Below, one piece after another: positions 13,645-27,337 of a stretch of 64,000 bases of DNA. Each line of letters starts with the position of its first letter. Positions within the stretch are counted from its first letter, which is position 1. The stretch is from Antedon mediterranea. Its lineage: Eukaryota; Animalia; Echinodermata. The stretch lies in the NCBI RefSeq assembly GCF_964355755.1, contig NC_092673.1:23991648-24055647 (forward strand), read 5' to 3'. The notes below the pieces were generated by a model that saw only the letters and a program-made list of their open reading frames with translations, made no database searches and was not told the DNA's origin. Both the position numbers and the translations under genes were made by a program.

Positions 13645-13969
13645 CGATGAAATACTATAGTAATTATTTCAGTTGTTCTGAATAATTATATTATTCTATT
13701 ATATGTTTTCTTTTTTTTCCTCTTCTCTCTCTTCTGTCGTCGCGGTCGGTTGGTTCTCTTTATTTAGGTTTTTCCGTCTAGAGATCACGTCTGGGAAGAC
13801 GGAGTCTAGTGATAAAATAGATCGAATAAATTACGGCCCAAACCGATTTTTTAATACAAACGTATGGAAATTTATCTGTTTGAAGACTAAGAAGTAAACA
13901 ACAATAAACTGATTTTCATCCTGGGTTGTGAACCATTCGAAGTCATTCATTGTTTTGTTACAATTATAG
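13645..13969. promoter_or_regulatory. Putative bidirectional promoter with divergent non-coding first exons of RalGPS (-) and BTBD8 (+)
   Basis: Minus-strand donor G|gtaagt at 13644 and plus-strand donor-like AG|gttagg at 13970 face outward from a locally CpG-richer stretch. The BTBD8 ATG exon (15371) is preceded by an acceptor, so an upstream exon is required. Confidence 0.5.
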
Positions 13970-14889
13970 GTTAGGAAATATTATTTAGAATGTTTTATAA
14001 TCATTTTGAAATATAAAGTTATGTGTCTGTAATATTTAGAAACGATAAATTATCTCATACATGCCGACACAACGTGTATGTCCCAGTTATTTCCCCTTAT
14101 GATTTATATCGTCGTACTCTAGCAGCGCGCAGGGGTGGATGTCCTCCTCCTCCATCCACAGTAAACGTATTGTCATTGACCATGAAATCGTTTATGATAT
14201 ACGGCGTTTGAAATTCTTTGGTATGCGTCATCCTCCCCTGCCTTTTAAGGCCTAGCTAGCCTAGATATGAGTGATCATTATATTTGTATTGTTAAGACAT
14301 AATAACAGCTACTGAATCATGAATGCTGGCTGAAAGAGACCGAGAGAATTATGATGGATTATTGTGGTGTTGATGTTGATGTACGGAACCAAAACATTAT
14401 GGTTCCATTGGAATTGCCAAAAAGACGACAAAGAAGAAGGATACATATACCACGGTCAAAGTATGATATTGACCCAATAATAAGTGGGTCCATGGTCTTG
14501 CCAGTGGTTACAGTATGTAAGAAACAATTGTTTAATTTAGTTATGTTTATTGGGCCGTACTATTACGTGTAGACATAATTAAAAAGCGCATGTGTTGTGC
14601 ATGCTGGTTTTCTTTGCATGACATTAATTAGAACTCAGAAAGAAACCAATGGGTTATTTGGTTCTCAATGTAGTCTAGATGGTAAAGATAGGTGTGATGC
14701 AGCAAGGAGGTATCTCTTTAATCATGCTTTCATTTAGTCCTTTCTGTTCGTTTGATTTCAAACCAGCTCACCAACATGAGTATTGTACTGTATTTCATAT
14801 TGTATTTCATCGTTAGTAATAAAATCAACAATTTTATAATCAGGTCGTGAGTAACCAATTTGTTTTTCATGTAGGAAAGTTTTCTATTT

Positions 14890-15252
14890 ACTCCCATCAA
14901 AATCTCCCTACCCTCTCTCTTTCTCCCATCAAAATCTCCCTACTTTCTCTTTTCCTCCCATCAAAATCTCCCTACGTTCTCTCTTCCTCCCATCACAATC
15001 TTCCTTCCCTCGCATTCTTCCTCCATTCACAATCTCTCTTTCTTCTCTCTTCCTCCCTTCACAATCTTCCTCCCTTAACAATCTCCATCCCTTTGCAATT
15101 CCCCTCTACTTACAATCTCCCTACCTTCTCTATTTCTCCCATCACAATCTCCCTACCTTCTCTTTTCTTCCATCACAATCTCCCTACCTTTTCTTTTCCC
15201 ATCACAATCTTCCTCCCCTCGTATTCTCCCTCCCTTCACAATCTCCCTTATT
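14890..15252. repeat. Pyrimidine-rich degenerate minisatellite (~35-bp unit, ctcccatcacaatctccctaccttctct)
   Basis: The unit core catcacaatctccct recurs about ten times and the + strand is almost G-free. Confidence 0.85.
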
Positions 15253-15378
15253 TCATAATCTCAAAAATATGTTGGTTTATATCCATGAAGTAACTGAAGT
15301 TAGCTAAAACTAAAATAGTATAGTTATAATTATATTACAAGTTTGTATGATAAATTTATTGATATTTCAGCCCACACC

Positions 15379-18300
15379 ATGACAGAAACAACAATGAGTG
15401 ATTCATTTGTAGAGCGAGAAAAAAAGGAAAAAGCAAAACTGATTTTGTCTAACTCTAAAAAACTTCAGGAAGATTTGCATAGGTAAAAAATAATTGTTTT
15501 CAATTTTAAACTAGTGTATGATTTATATTAAGCTTAAGCCCATATTTATGAAAGATGACTATCAATCCTGTAACCAGGGAGATTCAAGCATTCAAACAAA
15601 CTCCATTTTTTCTGAAGTTGTATCACTGTAGGGCACATTCCAACAAAAGAATTTATGTAAAAAGAACCCCCTATAACATTCAGTCTACTGACTTAGGCTT
15701 TCATCCTGAACTACTGTAGTCAGTCCAGAACGAAAATTACTCCAGGACTAAAGTTACTCCTTCAACAATTAAGACACTTCACACTCTTATGGATATTATC
15801 TAGATTTCTAATAGTATTATTAATGATACATATATTAATTATGTTTATTTATTTATTTATTTTTTTAAAATTTCTTTTTTAGCATTTTTGAACGAGAAGA
15901 AAACTTTGATCTAACTTTGATATATAAAGACAGCAAATGGAATTTACACACAGCGATTCTGGAACAACGTGCTCCTGATTTCTTTAAGCATTTAAAAGAT
16001 TATGGGGAGGAAGTAAGACTGAAGTTTTTACAAGAAGAAGATTATGGTAATTTTGGAAATTGGCTTAGGTAGGTTGGACAAGCCAAATAAGTGAAAGTAT
16101 GTTTCTTGTACACTGTTCTGATATCATACTATTTAGATATATATCTCCAAAGGCAAATTACTGAAAAAATGACAATGCTGTGGGTATCAGTGACTGGATC
16201 TCAATGGAGATACAGTACAAAAAAAAAAAAGCGAACAGCTAAATCAAAACAATAAAGTAAAACAGCCAAAAAAGTTAGCAGAGCACTAGCCCTTTATCAG
16301 TGCATTATTTAGATTAAATACCAACAGCATATTATGATAGGAAAATTAATTGCCTCTGTGACATCGTTTAGCAAATAAAAAGTATTCTCAATGACGTAAC
16401 CTAGCCCACCTGGTTAAATGAACAATATTCCCCTCTCTCCAAAGTTATTATTTATACAAGAAGTTTAGTTGAATACCCGATTAGATAATGGAACATCCCA
16501 GCATAAATATGAACCTACCTAAATTTATAGTTACATGCAATATAGGCCTAAACATTATAAAATCAAATATTTACTGTAGGTAAAACTATATTTTTATGTA
16601 TTTCATAATATTTTTTTTATTTAAAAGGGCACTTTACACTGAGGATAATTTAGATATATATGAAGCAAGTGTAAAGCTATGGATATCAAAGCTAGAGAAA
16701 AGTAGAGAAAACAGAATAAATAATAGTGACCAAGATATGACAAATGTGCAGGAAAATGAATCTATACCGACACAGCCCTCCACATTTGAAGATGGAGTTG
16801 AGGATGTAACATCCATTATAAATGATAAGTTAAGCATAGACAAACAAAGTGATGTACCAATACAAGGATCGTGTACAGGGGATGTAATGGAGGTTGATGC
16901 TTCTAAAAGAGTTGAAACAAAGTTTCCAAGTGTACCAGAGTGTTCCAGTCGGCTTGGAAATGATTTAATATCATTGCTGCTTAGTGGAAAAGGTGCCGAT
17001 CTAGAATTAAGAGTGGTTGATGGTGCTGTTATGGTCCATAAGTAAGTGACGTTTTTCAGGTTCATCATTCTTAAAATAATATTCTAATATATCATTATTA
17101 TTGATATTATAATTGATATTATATATTATCTGCCTGGCTATTCCAGAGAATGGTAGTACTGTAATACCTAAAATGTTGAGACATTTCAAATTTTTCTTTT
17201 TAAATTAAATGACTGATGAGAAATAATTTGGTACAGTACATAATTTGTTAATCTGGGATTGAGATAAACCTTCTGAGAGGGAAAAGTATATATTGACCCA
17301 TTCATAACTCACCATTTCTAATTGCATCATGTAGTACAATCATATTATATTCTTTGTTCAGGTTTATAGTCAGTGGTCGTACTCACTATTTTGCTGCAAT
17401 GTTAAGTGGTGCTTGGAGTGAGAGCTCAAAGCCTTACATTTATCTTCAAAAGTGAGTACAGTACATACTTCATAATCTCTCGGCAATTCTTCTATTTTTC
17501 TAAACCAATTTATAACACTATCAAACTATTTTAACAAAAGAAATGTGATGTGCCCAATATGGTAGTGATATGCTCAAATATGGGCACACATCACATTTTT
17601 TGTCACATACCGTAATGTTTAATAGTGTAGACTAATTCTTCTGAACTTTTCAGTAAGTAAATTTTCTAAATTGTGCACAGTTTCAGCCTGTCTGCGTTGT
17701 TATCTATCTTGTACTATATCTATGGAGGTGTGCTTGATATTCCAGAAACTGCTAGTATTTGGTAAGATTTTTTTATTTATCTCCTTTATTTTATGTTTTT
17801 TTATTCTTTAGAATATATTACATCATTTTATGTTTGTTAGTATTCTTGTATTTGTTGTACAATGTGGTATTCCAAAAAAAGACACATGCAGATGTTTCTC
17901 TGCTATGTGGCTAAATGTGAATTATTATATACATTCAATTCAAGATGGAAACAGCTGATTAATTTAATTAAAGTTTACTCTAGAAACAGTACTTACAAGA
18001 TTAATGTTTTGTATGCATTATTAGTGAATCTTCCAACTCAAGAAATTAAATCTCTATCTACACTATAACTAGTTTGAATGTGCTCTTTTCATAATTACTT
18101 TGTTATATTTGTCATCCTTTTACTATCATAAATATCACTACCATTATGCTTTTGTTAAAGTGAGGTGCTAGTTCTAGCAGACATATATAATCTTCAAGCT
18201 TTCAAAGATGTTTTAATGCTTCGACTAAAACGTGAAAATTGCCATTTCTTTCACAAAGTAAGAATCTTTTTTATTTGGTTTAACTTTATTATATAAATGA

Positions 18301-21300
18301 TTTTGTCAACAACAATTGTTAATATGAGAATATAAATCATTACAATTATGAAATGGTACTTTAATCAAATCGAATTCAATCCAAGTTCTAAAATAAATAA
18401 ATTTTACATAATATAAATAATTTTTAAAAGATGAAAAGAAATAAGAATACTATGTTGTTGCTCAAAAACAACTGTTTTGTGTCATTTGAATCCACCATTC
18501 AGTTAGACAGCCTTTTAGTAAAGTTTGAGAACCGTACATATTAGTAAAATAACTATTGATATTTCAGCCTTGTGCAGAATGTCTAGCTGCTGTACCAGAA
18601 GCATTGGCATTATCAGTTCGATTTAGAGACACAAATTTTACTAAGGCGTGCTTAAGGTATTTGCAAAAAAATGTTAGTACTCTAGAAATTGTAAATCCAG
18701 GGTGATTATATCAACCATCCATTGAAATTGTCTCCAATATATAAATCCAAATTTTCAAATTAAATTGGATAACTAGAAGGTTGTTAAAGTATAGTGTTCA
18801 AAGCCATTTGATTACATCAACCGTCCAAAGAAATGTTTACAATCCTTCCAATCTCCATCATATCAATCCTAATTTACAAAGTTAATTTAAATATTTAATT
18901 TGCATACAGGTGGATGACTAAACATTTTGTTAAAGTATGGCGTTCAAAGTCATTTGCTGCCATGGGTAAGCAACTAATGGAAATTTGTTATGAAAGTGCA
19001 TTAGAAGAGTTGGTAAGTACCTTTATGTAACGTTAATAAATTTGTAGATATGGGGGAATAACCTTTGTCTCGCAGCCTAACTGTGTTTAATTCCGCACTA
19101 ATGTGGACATTATTTTCTTCTTTCTGCTGACAATCACTTACATATATACATGTTTGTATTGTACTGAAAGTGGCTGCCCTAATCATTTTTTTTTTATAAA
19201 TTTTTACTTTTAGAAACCTGACACTGTGGTTTCCTTGGTAACTCAAAGTGATAAACTACTAGAAACACTTCCTAGAGTCAAATGGAATGAACCGCTTGTC
19301 GAGCTGGTTGAACGACTACGAGATGCCGCTCTTGATTACATCGCTGAGAACTTCACGGTTGTTTCACGGCATAAGAACTTTCAACCATTGATACAAGTGA
19401 GTTTTAAGAGAACATGCTTGATAGTTAAGATGCTTGGCTATCCATCCTGGGTTTGAAGCGTGTATAAATTAAGACTTTTTTCAGACAAAAAACAACTCAA
19501 AGACTTGTATAATAACAATAATTTATTTGGAGTTTACTCTTTTACAACAGTGGCACTTGACCAAATGGAAGGTGCATCCATAAGAAATATACAAAAAAAA
19601 AAACATGATATAGTAAACAACAATTACATGTCAAAACAATTCGACTACAGTAACTACAATACCATTGATAATTGACACCTAAAAATAAAAGAAATAAACA
19701 TAAGATTAAGATTAAGTTATAAGATTTAAATTTATTATGTGTGATATAGAACGCATTAAAAAAATATAAATAAACAAAATAACAATTTTGTTGATTTTTT
19801 AGGGTATGGGTTGGAGTTGCACCCTTCTTGAGCTGATGTTCAACAAAGTTGTGGCAGTTTTAAATGCGAAGACAGCAAACTCGGTTTTCATGTCTGCAAA
19901 CCAGCTGAAAAGGATGGCTGAAATGGAGGAATTTTCAAAAGTATGTATGATTTTTCGATTTAATGACTTTCTCTTGAGTAACACTTCTCATCTCTATCAA
20001 AAAAAAAATTGAAAATTTGATTAGATTATACATCTTGGCCCATCCATCGTTCATGGTAGGCACTGGACTGTTTACTGCCGTGGGTTTGTAGAGGACCTAA
20101 TCTGAATTCCCTCAATTGACGATGAGGATGAACGATGTAAAGATTTATTTATTATAAATAGGGAAACTCTGTTACTTACAAATTGTTATCAAATTACATT
20201 AGAACACCTACCTCGGTACATCCCTGTTTAGGAGGAACTTTCCAGTAAAACAAACAAGATGCAATATATACTAAGGGGCAGTTCCAAGTAAAACAAACAA
20301 GGGGGCAATATAGCCTACAGTTTGTTTGCTCCCTAATGTGTCCCTTAATAGAGGTTCTACTGAACTAACATATGAACATTATGAATTATCTTGTTTTAAA
20401 TGACTTCTTTTACAGGGTGTATGTTCCGTATTAGTTGAGTTCTATTATAAGTGCTATACTTACATGGTTAGTAATGCTAATCATCAGATTCTAAGAGACG
20501 ATTGGAATAATCTTCCTGAAGAACTTAAAAGCAAGATTAAACAAGGTACGCTCTGTCTACACTATCGAACTAGTTTGACAAAAAAAACTGCGATGTTCCC
20601 ATGGTAGTGAAAATTAATAAAATAAAACAAAAATTATTCACGTTCTCAAAACAAAAAAAGTCCAAAAAGACAAAAAAGGGGTCACATTTAACCAGAAGCC
20701 CATTGTCTTCCAGACAACCAATGTTTTGTCTTTAATTTATGGTTTATATGGTGTAAATAATTTTCTTCTATCACATTTTTGTTTAAAAGTGAATAATTAT
20801 GTGACATGATAATTGCCTATTCAGCAACAACTTTTTTCCATACTATTTTAATAATATTTACTTAGATGCTGTTTACGTAGATGAAAGAAAGAAAACTGTA
20901 GTGCCTAAACCAAAGTTAACAAGTTCATCAAGGGTTAGTATTGTTATAATTTTTTTATATTTTTAAATATTAAAATGTGCCTAAACTCAAGCTTCATCTG
21001 AAAAGTAAGTTGCATCTATCACATTATTTTGTTTAGATTCTATTCACAATATGTGTCATTTTGTTTCGAACATTTTCAGTTTTATTGTTGCTTTTTTTGT
21101 AGAAAAATGTAATAATAGATAAATGTACCAGTTATGTGGTGGAAATAATATGTAACAGATATAATTTTAAACATAATTAGTTTTGATCAAGTATTAAAAC
21201 TTAAATATTAATAGAATAAATTCAAATTTATATAAGGTAGTATGATCAAAATATATGTACTGTATATAACGATGTTTTTTTTTTTAGCCAAAAACAAAAC

Positions 21301-23795
21301 CACCACAAATTGAGAAAGCAGACGCAACTAAATCTAAAGGTGCAAAACCTAAAATAAGAGGTGTTCATACGAAACCACCAGAAGTAACTAAAAAAACATC
21401 TGTTAAGCCCAAAACTGTGAATAATCCACCATCAACTATATCAGCCAGTGCACCATCAAAATCTACTTCCTTACAACCAAGAGGACTGAAATCAGAATCT
21501 ACCAAATCAAAGGATTCTTCAGCAAAATCTAGTAAAATCCAGATACAGTCGAGAGTACTTTCTTCTACTTCTACAAAATCTACAGGATCCCCTGCCAAAC
21601 CTAAAGAATCTTCAAAAAAGCCTTCAGGTTCTACAAGTCTGACGGCTGCAAAGTCTAAAGAAGTTTCTGTGAAAGTAAAAAAACCTGCAAAGGCAAAAGA
21701 GCCTCTTAAGGATGCTAAACTTCCTCATCGACCACCTACAGCACCAGGTTCTTTAAATCTTCCAGTTCAACCGAGAAAAACCAATAAGGAAGTCAAATCT
21801 CGTGCAGCAACTTCAGTCCAATTAAAAAAGAGTAACTCCTTACAAAAGTTTTCTGACGAAAGTAGGCCAGCTTCTTCCAAAACCAATACTTCATTGAATA
21901 GCTCTAAAGCAAGCCTTGTGTCTAATGGAAACGTCTCAAGTAAAACACAGAAAGTTACTAAAACTTCCCATGATAAACTTTTGGATACAAAAATTAAGAC
22001 AAGGTCGAGAGATGTTACAGCCACAAAGGATAAAACAGCTACAAAAAAGAAAGAAGACTCATTAAAAAATAGTGGTAGTTCAAAACCAGCAACAGAAATC
22101 GTGAAAAAGATCGATCCTATACCATCTACTTCCTCAGATGTAAACACAACAAATAAAGAACCTTCTGTAGCAGTGAATGAAGCTAACAATATGACCCAAG
22201 ATGCATTCGGAGAACAAGAGGATAGGGGTGACAAAGCTGAACAAGTAGATAATACTAACTCTGAAACAGAGGGAAAAGTTGATATGGTTGAAGATTTTGA
22301 TAAATTGTCTGGCATTACTGAAAACAACGTAACTGTTAGACTTCCTGAGAATTCTGAAGAAATTGATAAAATCGAATTTTTAAAAAATGAACCATCATTT
22401 TGTACAGATGGTTTTAAAACACAATGCCCTCTTGAGAAAGAAGATGATTTAAGTTTCTCTACCACTTCTCTCAGTAATAGTGAAGTTTTAACTGGAAATG
22501 TAGATAATTCATTGGCAAGTTTGCAGTCTACTGAAGAAAAGAGTCGCAGTAGCAGTCAAATTCCTTCAGAGACTGCCATTAAATGTGATGATGTATTTGA
22601 TGAGAAGTCAAATAATACTGAAGCAAGTGACATAGCAATGGATGACTGTGATCCTATTATAACATCAGACAATGAAGTCGAACAAGTTTATGAAGAAGAG
22701 GAAGGTATGGTTTCTGAAGACACCAATAGAGTTTCAGATGATAACAAAGCTATGGAGATTAAGATAAATGAAATTGAACTTGACTTTGAAGTTCCGATGG
22801 ACATGACACCAGATGAAAGTGAAGAAGTTGTCAATGAATTGTCTGAAAACAAACATGAATGTGATTATGAGGCTAGTGAAAAAAGAATAGAAGATGGAGT
22901 CAAAGAAAAAGAACTAGAATATGTTGAAGAAAATGATATACATTTTGCTAAAGCAGAAAGTAGTGAATGTGCGATAATTACAGATGACGTTCTTGAACAT
23001 AAAGATGATTCATTTACAGAACATGTATTTTGTGAGATCAAAGACAATGAGCATGCTGGACGCATACCCGAAGAAGACAATTCTGCAGATTTATCTTGTT
23101 TTCTGGAGAGATCAAATGATTGCATAGAAGTTGAAATGGATAAAGATGGCCAAATATATACATCAGATCACGGTGATGAAGACAATACAGGTATAGGTTC
23201 AGTTTCCAATAAGGAAATTAGTAATGAAAACATAGATAAGGAACAATTCAATGCTACAAATGACAGTATTCCATTTGAGGATGACAATGACTTGGAAAGA
23301 GAGGCTGACAATATTCAATATGAACACCTTTCTGAAGACCGGAAGGATGAACCATTACCTTTAGTATGTGAAGTCCATAGCCTTGAAGCTGATAAAAAGA
23401 TGTTGGATAATTTCTCTAATGATACTACTGAGGGAGAGTCTGAAGAAAGTCAGTATAAAGAAGAATCTTGTGTGGAGACTGGAGGAATTGATTGTGTGCA
23501 TGTTGAAGCTACTGAAAACAAGATGGCAGAACATGTGGTATATTCTAATGATGATAAAGAAGCAACTAAAGATATTCTCTATAGCCAAGAAGAAAATGGT
23601 ATTTATACTGCAGAACCTGATGATAGCATGATGTCCAATGGTGCCTCTAATGGAGTGCAGAATGGTGTGGACATAACAGGAACATACAGTGAATTGGATA
23701 CAGACGAAGGCGAAAGGAGCAATGGCAGATTGATATTAAGTAAAGCACTGCAGTTTGGTTCTTCAAATGGTGCTTCTCTAGAACCAGAATCATAA
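15379..23795 (+). CDS. BTBD8: BTB/POZ domain-containing protein 8 (BTBD8/KIAA1107/APache) orthologue, 13 coding exons, ~1396 aa
   Basis: Exons 15379-15482, 15883-16068, 16628-17041, 17362-17451, 17681-17761, 18161-18257, 18568-18656, 18910-19012, 19214-19396, 19803-19940, 20416-20545, 20866-20933, 21288-23795. All are GT-AG and phase-consistent (4191 nt). Peptides YFAAMLSGAWSESS, YIYGGVLDIP, CHFFHKP, WMTKHFVKVW and SDKLLETLPRVKWNE match BTBD8 (two BTB domains plus helical region). Long disordered tail in the last exon. Confidence 0.93.
17514..17632. mobile_element. AGCTCTGTCTACAC-family MITE, partial, in BTBD8 intron
   Basis: acactatcaaact...tgtgatgtgccca...gtcacata...atagtgtagac. Confidence 0.7.
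20550..20610. mobile_element. AGCTCTGTCTACAC-family MITE left end abutting the BTBD8 exon 11 donor
   Basis: gctctgtctacactatcgaactagtttgacaaaa starts 4 nt after the exon end at 20545. Confidence 0.7.
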
Positions 23796-26545
23796 GGTAT
23801 TGAGTAATCAAATTGAGAATGGTGTTCATATTACAGATATTCAATTTCAGAATCAACCAATATTTGATGATGATTGATTTTAAGTAATGTGTTCTTCAAA
23901 TGGAGTATGGTGTTCATAAATACAGATCTGTATCGAACTACAAAAGCAACCAATGGAAAATGATTTTTATGTAAAGTGCTACAGTTTGTTTTTGTCAAGT
24001 GGTGCTTCTCTAGAATCAGAATCAGTTATCAATTTAAGAATGGTGTCAATTATACAACCAACAGCATTTTTTTTTGTAAGCCTCTAACATTTGGTTCTAC
24101 ATTGGTCTTCACTAAAACTTGAATCATAAACCCAAACATTAAATTGTATGAAAATTAAAATATTGTCTTTAATTAAATCATACATCTCAAAAGTTTGCCA
24201 AAATCATTTCACCCCCCCCCCCCTCAACTGTGATTCAGATCTGAAGAGATGGCATGTTGATTTTACTCCAAAATAAAGCAATGATTTATATATATCGTAC
24301 TGTACTCTGTTTAGTGTATGTATTGTAAGCTACAAACAATTATGTTGTCATGTTTGTCAATCTATGGAATGGTAACATGTTGTTAACATTATTGGAATAA
24401 AATCGTACATGTGTGTGCTGAATACATGTATAATTGCCTCATATAAGTACTGTGTTATGTGTGCATTAGTAGTAGTAGATTGCAGTAGGGCCTGTATTAA
24501 GAGGACACGTAACCTTCAGAACCCAACAAAACTTCCCCTGAATAAGCGTTTGTTAAAGTTTATGTATATTCTTCTTCGTTCGTTCCATGAGAAAGTGTCA
24601 AAGGGTTGTTCCAAAGCAGTGGTTCTACTTATACTGTAAGTTTGATCTGGACGTAGATTATCAATGTTGCGTAACTTTTACTTTATGTGCAAATAGTATA
24701 ATACGATATACTGCAATGTAATAATAATAAATCCAAAGTAAAATTTCTGAAAAGTGCTGTTGGTATCTCAATTGAGATATAAATAAATAAATATATATAT
24801 ATATGCTAATTATATGGGTATGTAGAAAATAATATAGATTTTTGTTTTTACTCGAATCATGTTTAATAAAGTAATTACGTACTATTATTATTTAATTACT
24901 TAAATTTATTATATGTATATTTGGTTTTGTTTGGTTTTACTGATTTCATTGTGTGCTTTATTTCTTATAATGATAATTTGAAGAATAAGTAAGTATGTAG
25001 GTAAATTAGCAATGATTGAACAAATACATATGCTTTTATTTTTAAAAATGAAACAATCATGGGATACATAATTTGTGTGTGACTTAGTTTGTTGTTGCCT
25101 TGGTGTGTCTTTTTGTATAAAAAATGTTACGAGATAAAAATGTTGAAAATTATGCCTGTAATTCATGCTGTGGGATATATCTGTCTTGAATCAATATTTA
25201 ATATTTTTGGAACTGTCATGTATTCAGTACAGTATATGAGAAAATGTATGTAGGCCTAGTTACGGTGTTGTGTCCAAGCCTGCGGATTTTTGCTGTATTC
25301 CAATAATTCCAAAGTGCTATATTTTAGGCCTACACTTTTGTTCTGATCTTTATCGTTCGTAAAAATGTTAAAATTAAAATATAATTGTAAGGTGTTCATT
25401 GTTGTGTAGGCCATTATTGTGACATTTTTGGTTCGTAAATTTACAAGGAAATTTGTTTTAATATGCATTAAAAATAATACCCCCATAAACGGATTTACAC
25501 GATTAAGTTTGGCAAATGTCCACCCGTTTGTTAGATGATCTTTGTATAGTCAAATTCGTGATCGTCGAATCAGTCCTAAAGTACTTTAATTCTTATCTTA
25601 AGGATGTTAGGAAATTCGAAAGGTGCACATGCACATTTTTGGGTCTATTTTGCTTTCACCTGTTTAGATATTGCCATTGGTGGTTAAGCTGTTGTTAAGT
25701 TCCATTTATGTGTTTTATTCTTCTAAAACATTAAATACTGTAAGATCTGTCACCATGAGTGCTCGTAGCAGCCTACTTAATAACCTGCAATGGATAGACC
25801 TACACTTGTTATAACTTTGAATTGATAACATATAAATAACCGTAGGACAAAATATGGTGCCTGTTTTTTAATTAAGTGATTTCGAAAATTCCAAACCTTT
25901 CCTATAAGATGTAAGTTATTCAATGTTAATTTTGATACAATCATGTTTTGATATAAATTGAGAGTGTGTTTATTGCTGGATTTAATTTCTTTTGCCAATA
26001 AAATGTGTTGTAATTATTTATTTCTGGTGTAATGTTTGTATAATTATTCATAATCGGTGCCAATTAATAAATAGAGCTGGGAGTTATTCCAAACAAATGT
26101 CCACGTATAGGTGTGGTATGTTTGTTGGTCGTGGAGTGCACTGATCGATCTAAAGCCGAATGCCCTTTAACCAATCTTAGAAATGTGTCCAAAGTAATTT
26201 TATAACAAAATAGATACGAATAGTAGGCCTATTATCAGTGTTTTTTTCTTACATTTTCACCAAGTACGACTTTCATCATGAATAAGCCAAAATATAACAT
26301 CAAAACTAGAAACATTAACAAAAAATAGCAAGATTGACTTTATCGGGAAAATGTAAAAATTACTTGTACTTTTACTCTCTTAAAGAATGAAATCCACTTG
26401 ATTGGAAATACCGTACCTTTCAGAGGAGTGTTATCATCAGTGATTACATATGTCTACTACAGCTGAGCCTCTTAAAGACTCCTGGAATTACTGAATTATT
26501 CTGTGAATATTGATATGTTACATGGTCTATCCTTGCGTATTTTTA

Positions 26546-26691
26546 AGCTCTGTCTACACTATCAAATTAGTTTGACAAAAAAAAAAGTGTGATGTGCCCA
26601 AATAATATGGTAGTGATATTCTCAAATACGGTAGTGTTATGACATCATCATGTCATTTTGTCACATAAAGTTTGATAGTGTAGACAGAGCT
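26546..26691. mobile_element. AGCTCTGTCTACAC-family MITE, full length
   Basis: Perfect ~21-bp TIR agctctgtctacactatcaaa / tttgatagtgtagacagagct. Another partial copy lies at ~26746-26812. Confidence 0.85.
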
Positions 26692-27337
26692 TTCGGTGTG
26701 TTTAATTTGTAATGAAATTCAATTATTATTAAACGCTTCGAAAGTTCTGTCTACACTACAAACTTGATGTGACAAAAGTGCCCATAAATGGACACAATGA
26801 TGTCATAGCACTAAGGACATCCATAACCTATTGTATTGTAACAATGTGACAAGTTTTATCGACGTTTTACAGGAAACGTGTTTGATTCTTTAAACATATC
26901 TTTGTCGGCGTAGGAGTTATTTAGTAGGCCTACCAGTCTTGAGTTGTTATAATAATAATTTAGTCACAATTTACCAAAGTTAACAATGTCATATGATCTT
27001 CATGCTCGGTTAATTAACCATCAAACGTGATATTACAATGATTACGTTTTTTTAAACAAAAGATCCCGGTTAGAAATCTTCTCCAGCTGCCTACCTACTA
27101 CTAGAATCAATAACGGACACCATGCATTCTCTATTTATTCTTTCTTTTATTTATTAAGGTTTTTCATTTGTATTTAAAGGCCATATTTTTATATTTTATT
27201 TGAATTTTTAACTTTGAATAAAAAAATATATAATTTTAAACCATTTAGGGCTGCTATACTTTACGGTGTTTGACCATGAATAAATTAAATTAAATGAAAG
27301 AGTGAAAATGTAATAGACCACATCCATCCATGGACCT

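Noticed and set aside
14847-15293. 148-aa S/L/P/F-rich ORF
   Set aside because: Translation of a pyrimidine-rich minisatellite in the BTBD8 5' intron.
21767-22465. 232-aa antisense ORF (also 16634-17068, 21365-21598, 22865-23125)
   Set aside because: Shadow frames of BTBD8 coding exons with no independent features.
21417-23795. Standalone 792-aa gene as given in the ORF track
   Set aside because: The GTG start is internal. The frame opens at the acceptor at 21288 and is the last exon of BTBD8.
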